From positions 940 to 64,939 of the forward strand of contig QFQX01000023.1 in the NCBI GenBank assembly GCA_003248775.1: 64,000 nt of DNA. Direction: 5' to 3'. Positions 57,237 through 64,000 of this stretch are shown piece after piece. Origin of the DNA: Shinella sp. Lineage in GTDB: Bacteria > Pseudomonadota > Alphaproteobacteria > Rhizobiales > Rhizobiaceae. Each line of letters opens with the position of its first letter. Position 1 is the first letter of the stretch. The notes under the pieces were generated by a model that was not told where the DNA came from, did not search any database, and saw only the letters and a list, made by a program, of their open reading frames with translations. The position numbers were made by a program, and so were the translations under genes.

Positions 57237-57712
57237 CGGCGTGCCTCCGCAACGAGTTCGCCAAGACCGTCTTCATCGAGACGCCCATGCAGCTCGCCGT
57301 CCAGCATGGCGCTGGGCGCGCAGGCACAGAGCCCGAGACAGAAGACCGGTTCGAGCGTCACGGCGCCATCGGGCGTCGTCTCGTGAAAATCGATACCCAG
57401 AAGCGATTTGACCCGCTCGGCCAGCGCATCCCCGCCCATCGACTGACAGGCCTCGGCCCGACAGAGCTTCAGCACATGGCGACCGGCGGTATGGGAGCGG
57501 AAATCGTGATAGAAGGAAACGACGCCATGCACTTCCGCACGCGACAGGTTGAGCGCCTGCGCGATCAGCGGCTTGGCCTGTTCAGGCACATAGCCGAACA
57601 TTTCCTGCACGGCATGCAGGATGGGCAGCAGCGGTCCTTCAAGACCCTGCAATTCGGATATGATCGCGGACGTGCGAGACAGCACATCATCCGAAGATGA
57701 TCTTACATTCAT
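57233..57712 (-). CDS. fdsG: NAD-dependent formate dehydrogenase gamma subunit (NuoE-like)
   Basis: About 159 aa with NuoE-type 2Fe-2S cysteines (CRAEACQ ... CLGLCACAP). 4-nt overlap with fdsB. Confidence 0.85.
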   Translation of the reverse strand: MNVRSSSDDVLSRTSAIISELQGLEGPLLPILHAVQEMFGYVPEQAKPLIAQALNLSRAEVHGVVSFYHDFRSHTAGRHVLKLCRAEACQSMGGDALAERVKSLLGIDFHETTPDGAVTLEPVFCLGLCACAPSAMLDGELHGRLDEDGLGELVAEARR

Positions 57713-57905
57713 GTTCAGTCCTCCCAAACCGACACGAACATCGCCAACTGGCCGACTTCTGAACCCGGGCGTCGCCGTCGGATAAACTGGCCGAAACGTT
57801 GACGAAGACCGGGACTTCCCATTCCCGGCCTACTTTCCGCAAGAATGATCCTCCGCCCCCCGCAAGGTCAATAAAGCAGTCATGTGAATTGATAGAAATT
57901 TTCTA

Positions 57906-58805
57906 TCAAAACGCCCGGGCATTGGCCAGTCGCCCGGCCTCGTGCAGCAGGGCAGAGACAAGCGGCGTGAAAGGTTCCCGATATTGGGCGACAAGGCCGA
58001 CGGAGTGTTCAGCCTCCGGCTCGCCGATCGGGATCATTCGGATCTCTTCGGGAAAGCCGAAGGATTCCGCGACATTGCGCGGCATGATCGAGGCCCACTT
58101 GCCCGTACGGATATGGGCGAACAGCACGATCATCGAATTGGATTCAAGCGTCGGGTGCGGCGTGACCCCGGCTTCCGCCATATGCTGGTTGATGATGCGG
58201 CGGTTCTGCATATCCGCGGTCAATAGGCAAAGCCGAAGATCGGCCATGTCCCGCCACGTCACTTTTTCGCGATCCGACAACGGCGTCCCTGCGGCCGTGA
58301 TCAGATGGTAACGCTCCGAATAGAGCGGTACGCTGGTCACGCGCCCAAGCGGTTCGTTGTCGAGATAGGTAATCCCGGCATCGATCTCCAGATTTTCAAG
58401 CAGGCTCAGCACCTGCAACGAGGTGCGCGACAGGATCGAAAAGGTCACGTCCGGATGTTTGGCCTGAAAAGGCTCGGTAATGCGCGGCACCATGGAAAGT
58501 GCCGTTGGAACGACGGCAATGCGGATATGCCCGGCAAGGCCGCGGCGAGCGGCTCGCATCTCCTCTCGCATGGTCCGCGCATCGCCGACGATGCGCCGCG
58601 CCCATTCCAGCACCCGCTGCCCCTCCGGAGTGAGCCCCTGATAGCGGGAACCGCGCTGCACCAGCATCACCCCGAGCTGATCCTCCAGTTGCCGGATCGC
58701 CGCCGAAAGCGTCGGCTGGGTAATGCCACATTCCTCAGCCGCGCGGCCGAAATGTTCCGCTCTTGCAAGCGCAATGAAAAATTCAAGCTTGTCGATCAAC
58801 GCCAC
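57906..58805 (-). CDS. LysR family transcriptional regulator
   Basis: N-terminal HTH FFIALARAEHFGRAAEECGITQPTLSAAIRQLE plus a LysR substrate-binding domain. Adjacent to the fds operon. Confidence 0.85.
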   Translation of the reverse strand: MALIDKLEFFIALARAEHFGRAAEECGITQPTLSAAIRQLEDQLGVMLVQRGSRYQGLTPEGQRVLEWARRIVGDARTMREEMRAARRGLAGHIRIAVVPTALSMVPRITEPFQAKHPDVTFSILSRTSLQVLSLLENLEIDAGITYLDNEPLGRVTSVPLYSERYHLITAAGTPLSDREKVTWRDMADLRLCLLTADMQNRRIINQHMAEAGVTPHPTLESNSMIVLFAHIRTGKWASIMPRNVAESFGFPEEIRMIPIGEPEAEHSVGLVAQYREPFTPLVSALLHEAGRLANARAF

Positions 58806-58855
58806 CCTCCCCTGTATGCGCCAGCCGAGGAAGATCCGCTACAACGTTGCAGGGC

Positions 58856-59254
58856 TCAGACGTTCTCGTGCACCTGATCGACTACGGCTGTCTTCTCGTC
58901 AGGTTCGCAATACATCTTGTAGAGCACGGAAACGAGTTCGTTGAGCGCCGGATCGCCGATCCGGTAGAAAATCATCCGCCCCTCGCGGCGCGTCCGCACC
59001 AAATGTTCGGACCTAAGGCGGGCAAGCTGCTGGGAAACCACCGCCTGTTGCAGCCCGAGGATCGTCTCGATTTCGCCGACGGTCTTTTCGCCACGGCTGA
59101 GAATGCAAAGGATCAGCAGCCGCGTTTCGTGCGACAGCGCCTTGAGGAGGGTACTCGCAGCCCGCGCCTTCGACATGAAGTCGTCCAGCTGGTCCTTTTT
59201 CATATCGGGACTGAAGGTCGGAACACTCATCAAACCATCCGGGCACGAGGACAA
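58856..59254 (-). CDS. ArsR/SmtB family transcriptional regulator
   Basis: LKALSHETRLLILCILSRGEKTVGEIETILGLQQAVVSQQLARLR is a winged-HTH signature. Start may be the internal ATG (MSVPTF). Confidence 0.8.
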   Translation of the reverse strand: MSSCPDGLMSVPTFSPDMKKDQLDDFMSKARAASTLLKALSHETRLLILCILSRGEKTVGEIETILGLQQAVVSQQLARLRSEHLVRTRREGRMIFYRIGDPALNELVSVLYKMYCEPDEKTAVVDQVHENV

Positions 59255-59356
59255 TTACCGCCATGCATCATATATAACGCAATGCAGCGAAACCCTAAAT
59301 AGACGACTGCCACTCTCTGGAAAAGAGCCTGCCCAACTCACAGAAATTGACAAAAA

Positions 59357-60352
<996 letters not shown>

Positions 60353-60474
60353 TCAATTGCCTTCCTCTGCCGCCATCGAAAAAACCAACGGCAGAAACCG
60401 GATGACGTCGTTACGATTGCTCTGTTTAAATGGCATGACAACGCGCCGCGATCCGCGGCAAAGACGGGACCATC

Positions 60475-61419
60475 ATGCGAAAACTGCCGGCACTTTCCGC
60501 CATGAAGATCTTCGAGGTCGTGGGACAGACCCGCAGCTTCACCCGCGCCGCCGACAGGCTGAACCTGACCCAGAGCGCGGTGAGCCGACAGGTGCGCAAT
60601 CTTGAGGAACAGCTCGGCGAAACACTGGTCATCCGTCGCCACCATCATCTCGATCTGACGCCGTCGGGCATCGAATTGCTGGAAGCGCTCCAGCGCGCAT
60701 TCCACGACGTGGAGCTGACTGTCCGCAACATCATGGAGAAAAGCAACCAGCATCGCCTGCGCGTCAACGTACCGCCGACCTTCGCCAAACGCTGGCTGAT
60801 GCCCCGGCTTGGCAGCCTGCGCCGCTTCCTTCCCGATATCGAGATCAGCATCACCACGCAATTGCAGGACAGCCTGACCGAACGCAGCATTCCCGATTGC
60901 GCGATCCGTTTCGGCGATGGCGAGTGGCCCATGCTGCAATCGCAACTGCTGATGACCGAACGCCATATCGCCGTCTGCGCGCCTCAACTGCTGGCCGGTC
61001 GCACAACCGGCGGCCCTCTCGACCTTACCGGCCTGACCTTCCTTCATGTCCTGGCCTCGGCCGACCAGCGTTATCTTACATGGCAGCATTGGCTGGATGC
61101 AGCGGGCCTGAGCCATACCCATACCCGTGGCGGACTGGAATTCGATCTCCTGGACATGGCCATAGAAGCCGCCTGCAATGGCCTTGGCGTCACCGTTGCC
61201 GACCGTTTCATGGTGGCATCGCTGATGGAAGAGGGGCGCCTGACACAGGTGCTGGATGTCGAGGTGGAAGGCCACGAATCCTACTGGCTGGTGACGCGGG
61301 GCGAGCAAGCGGAACCGGCCAATGTGAAGGCCTTCCGTCAATGGCTTCAGCTGGAGCTTTCCGCAGATCCGGAACTTGCCGGAAGCTCGGAAATTGCGGG
61401 CAAGGCCGGCGCGACCTGA
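60475..61419 (+). CDS. LysR family transcriptional regulator (GcvA-like)
   Basis: LSAMKIFEVVGQTRSFTRAADRLNLTQSAVSRQVRNLE HTH plus a substrate-binding domain. Confidence 0.85.
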   Translation: MRKLPALSAMKIFEVVGQTRSFTRAADRLNLTQSAVSRQVRNLEEQLGETLVIRRHHHLDLTPSGIELLEALQRAFHDVELTVRNIMEKSNQHRLRVNVPPTFAKRWLMPRLGSLRRFLPDIEISITTQLQDSLTERSIPDCAIRFGDGEWPMLQSQLLMTERHIAVCAPQLLAGRTTGGPLDLTGLTFLHVLASADQRYLTWQHWLDAAGLSHTHTRGGLEFDLLDMAIEAACNGLGVTVADRFMVASLMEEGRLTQVLDVEVEGHESYWLVTRGEQAEPANVKAFRQWLQLELSADPELAGSSEIAGKAGAT

Positions 61420-61520
61420 AACATTCGATTTTCGAATGATGTCCCCGAGAATAACTCGCTTGCGCGAACAGGCGGGACGGCTCCTACTCGACGGAAATTC
61501 CGCCGGAAAGCCAGGGGTCC

Positions 61521-62945
61521 ATGACAGAGTATCGCAACTTCATCGACGGCCGTTTCATCTCGACGGGCGAGAACCCCTCGATCGACGTCGTAAACCCCGC
61601 CACCGGTGAAGCCTTCGCGAAAGTCCCCACCGCCTCGCAAGCCGATGTCATCCAGGCCGTCGAAACCGCAGCACGTGCCCAGAAGAGCTGGGGACGACTT
61701 CCGGCAATCGACCGCGGCGACACCCTGCGACGGCTCGCCGACGCGGTGGAGCGTCGTGCGGGGCAGATCGGTGAGGCGCTTGCCCGGGAGTCCGGCAAGA
61801 GCATCGCGGATGCGACAGCCGAGACGATCTACGCCGCTATCCTCATGCGCTATCACGCCGAATGGGCGCGGCGCATCGAGGGCGAGGTAATCGAGAGCGA
61901 CACGCCCGACGAGACGCTGATGCTGAAACGCACCCCGATCGGCGTCGTGGCCTGCCTCATCCCCTTCAATTTCCCGATCTACACGCTGGTGCGCAAGATC
62001 GCCCCGGCCCTTATCGCTGGCAATGCCGTCGTCGTGCGCCCGAGCAACAACACGCCCACCTCCGCCTTCGTCCTTGCCGAAGCGATTGAGGAAGCCGCCC
62101 TGCCGGCCGGACTGAACAACATCATGACGATGACCCATGACGTCGCCGCAGCCATGTGCACCCGGCCCGAAGTCGGCATGATCACGCTCACCGGCAGCGT
62201 CGCAGCCGGCCGCACGGTTCTCGAATACTGCAAGGCCAATATCGCCAAGCCGTCGCTGGAGCTCGGCGGCAAGACCCCGGTGATCGTCGAGCCTGACGCA
62301 GATCTCGATGCCGTCGCCCGCCTGGTGGTTGCCGCCAAGACCGCCCATTGCGGACAGGTCTGCACCTCGGTCGAGCGCCTCTACGTACATGAAGCCGTTC
62401 ATGACGCATTGCTCGGCAAGCTTCGCGAGGCGTTTTCATCCCGCCGTTTTGGCGACCGTTCCGGGGACCCCGATCTGATGGGGCCTCTCGTCAACGCGGC
62501 TGCCCGTTCGCGCATCCATGCCATGGTCGAACGCGCCACGGCAGAAGGAGCGAAGGTCGAGGCAGGCGGCGTCATCCCTCAAGGGGCCGGCTTCTTTTAT
62601 CCGCCGACGCTTCTTTCCGGTTGCCGGCAGGACATGGAGATCGTTCGCGAGGAGGTCTTCGGTCCCGTACTTGCGGTCATCCCCTATGGAGATTTCGACG
62701 AAGCACTGGCCATGGCGAGCGACCACCAATATGGCCTCGCCTCCGTCGTCTTCTCGGAAAACTACCGCAAGGTGATGAAGGCCGCCAACGAGATCGAAGC
62801 CGGCGAGCTTTATGTCAACCGTTTCCCGGCCGACCCCTATCAGGGTTACCATGCCGGCTGGAAACGTTCCGGCCTCGGCGGGGACGACGGCAAGCACGGC
62901 ATGCTGGAATTCACCCAGACCCGATTGGTCATCCTGAAACACTGA
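61521..62945 (+). CDS. NAD(P)-dependent aldehyde dehydrogenase
   Basis: 474 aa with the ELGGKTP glutamate motif and a catalytic Cys context GQVCTSVERLYV. Confidence 0.88.
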   Translation: MTEYRNFIDGRFISTGENPSIDVVNPATGEAFAKVPTASQADVIQAVETAARAQKSWGRLPAIDRGDTLRRLADAVERRAGQIGEALARESGKSIADATAETIYAAILMRYHAEWARRIEGEVIESDTPDETLMLKRTPIGVVACLIPFNFPIYTLVRKIAPALIAGNAVVVRPSNNTPTSAFVLAEAIEEAALPAGLNNIMTMTHDVAAAMCTRPEVGMITLTGSVAAGRTVLEYCKANIAKPSLELGGKTPVIVEPDADLDAVARLVVAAKTAHCGQVCTSVERLYVHEAVHDALLGKLREAFSSRRFGDRSGDPDLMGPLVNAAARSRIHAMVERATAEGAKVEAGGVIPQGAGFFYPPTLLSGCRQDMEIVREEVFGPVLAVIPYGDFDEALAMASDHQYGLASVVFSENYRKVMKAANEIEAGELYVNRFPADPYQGYHAGWKRSGLGGDDGKHGMLEFTQTRLVILKH

Positions 62946-63009
62946 CCGAACCGCTCACCAGCCTGCAAGCCCAAGAATACGATCGAACAATATCCCCGGG
63001 GGAACCACC

Positions 63010-64000
63010 ATGAAGATCGCATCGCTCAAGACCCACGTCGTAGCCGTCCCGCCACCGCATATCGGCGGCATGTACTGGATCTTCGTCGAACTCGAGACGG
63101 CCTGCGGCATCAAGGGCATCGGCGAGATCTACGATACCGCCTTCCATCCCTCCGGCCTCGTTCCTCTGATCGAGGATGTCTTCCAGCGCTATCTGCTGGA
63201 TCACGATCCGCACCGGATCGAGCGCTTCTGGCGTGCCGCCTATTCCAGCGGCTTCACCCAGCGTCCCGACCCGACGATGATGGGCATCGTCTCCGGTCTG
63301 GAAATCGCCTGCTGGGATATCATCGGCAAGGCCGCCGGACGTCCCGTCTCCGATCTGCTCGGCGGGACCGTCCACGAAAAGCTGCGCGCCTATACCTATC
63401 TTTACCCGAAGAACTCAGCCGGCGAATACGACTATAACGATCCCGATCTCGCCGCCGACGAGGCAGTCCGTATGGTCGAAATGGGCTTCACCGCCGTGAA
63501 GTTCGACCCCGCCGGTCCCTACACCAACTATTCCGGCCACCAGCTTTCGCTAGGCGTCATGGATCGCTCGGAGGAATTCTGCCGCAAGATCCGCGACGCC
63601 GTTGGCAGCCGAGCCGATATTCTCTTCGGCACCCATGGCCAGATGGTACCGTCCTCCGCGATCCGGCTGGCAAAGCGGCTGGAGAAATACGATCCTCTCT
63701 GGTTCGAGGAGCCCGTGCCGCCCGGACAGGAAGCCGCCATGGCGGAAGTCGCCCGGGCGACCTCGATCCCTGTCTCGACCGGCGAACGCCTCACTACCAA
63801 ATACGAATTCCAGCGCGTTCTCCAGCTCGGTGCGGCCTCGATCCTGCAAATGAACGTTGCCCGCGTCGGTGGCCTTCTGGAGGCGAAGAAGATCGCCGGA
63901 ATGGCGGAAGCCTTCTATGCCCAGATCGCCCCGCACCTCTATAACGGTCCGGTTGGTGCGGCCGCATCCATCCAGCTTTCCGCGGCAACGCCCAACTTCC
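63010..64000 (+). CDS. enolase-superfamily enzyme (mandelate racemase / galactonate dehydratase-like), 3'-truncated by window end
   Basis: Hand-translated from the ATG at 63010: MKIASLKTHVVAVPPPHIGGMYWIFVELETACGIKGIGEIY...GLEIACWDIIGKAAGRPVSDLLGG. The frame stays open to the window end. Confidence 0.75.
   Translation, partial: MKIASLKTHVVAVPPPHIGGMYWIFVELETACGIKGIGEIYDTAFHPSGLVPLIEDVFQRYLLDHDPHRIERFWRAAYSSGFTQRPDPTMMGIVSGLEIACWDIIGKAAGRPVSDLLGGTVHEKLRAYTYLYPKNSAGEYDYNDPDLAADEAVRMVEMGFTAVKFDPAGPYTNYSGHQLSLGVMDRSEEFCRKIRDAVGSRADILFGTHGQMVPSSAIRLAKRLEKYDPLWFEEPVPPGQEAAMAEVARATSIPVSTGERLTTKYEFQRVLQLGAASILQMNVARVGGLLEAKKIAGMAEAFYAQIAPHLYNGPVGAAASIQLSAATPNF

Noticed and set aside
53852-57386. Long plus-strand ORFs (631 aa and 573 aa) over the formate dehydrogenase operon
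   Set aside because: They are antisense to fdsA and fdsB, which have clear Fe-S and NuoF motifs. The translations are Arg/Ala/Gly-rich and motif-free.

Overview
High-GC alphaproteobacterial chromosome segment; the cobST, bolA, aroKB, xerD, accA synteny suggests Rhizobiaceae (inference). Most of the window is ordinary housekeeping: cobS/cobT, aroK/aroB, xerD, accA, an L,D-transpeptidase, a CobW-type GTPase, dxr, hemA, a form-II coxSLM-type molybdo-dehydrogenase, tamAB, arginase, two soluble PAS-MCPs flanking cheW, the NAD-dependent formate dehydrogenase operon fdsGBACD, ldh and an aldehyde dehydrogenase. The main finding is a 12.2-kb integrative element at 14608-26793, inserted in the 3' end of tRNA-Arg(CCT) and bounded by a perfect 47-bp direct repeat. 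It carries a tyrosine integrase, a RepA-like helicase with an adjacent array of GCTCCAG iterons, and a complete lambda-like head and packaging set: Nu1-like TerS, GpA TerL, lambda-family portal, a prohead protease-capsid fusion, a gpW-like protein and a DUF2190 protein. I see no recognisable tail, baseplate or lysis genes. I read it as a candidate capsid-forming, tail-hijacking phage satellite (cf-PICI-like). The head module is split by an accessory cassette: a Tat-signal protein, a small acidic protein, an XRE regulator, two tiny ORFs in an AT-rich stretch, and a DUF1902/HicA toxin-antitoxin pair. The cassette region contains several palindromic operator-like sites. Smaller observations: ECF/EcfG-type promoters at an orphan ECF sigma and a DUF892 locus, a PCP-motif P1B ATPase, and an AT-rich repeat-bearing intergenic region upstream of the MCP cluster. 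All functional calls come from reading motifs in the translations; no database search was run.
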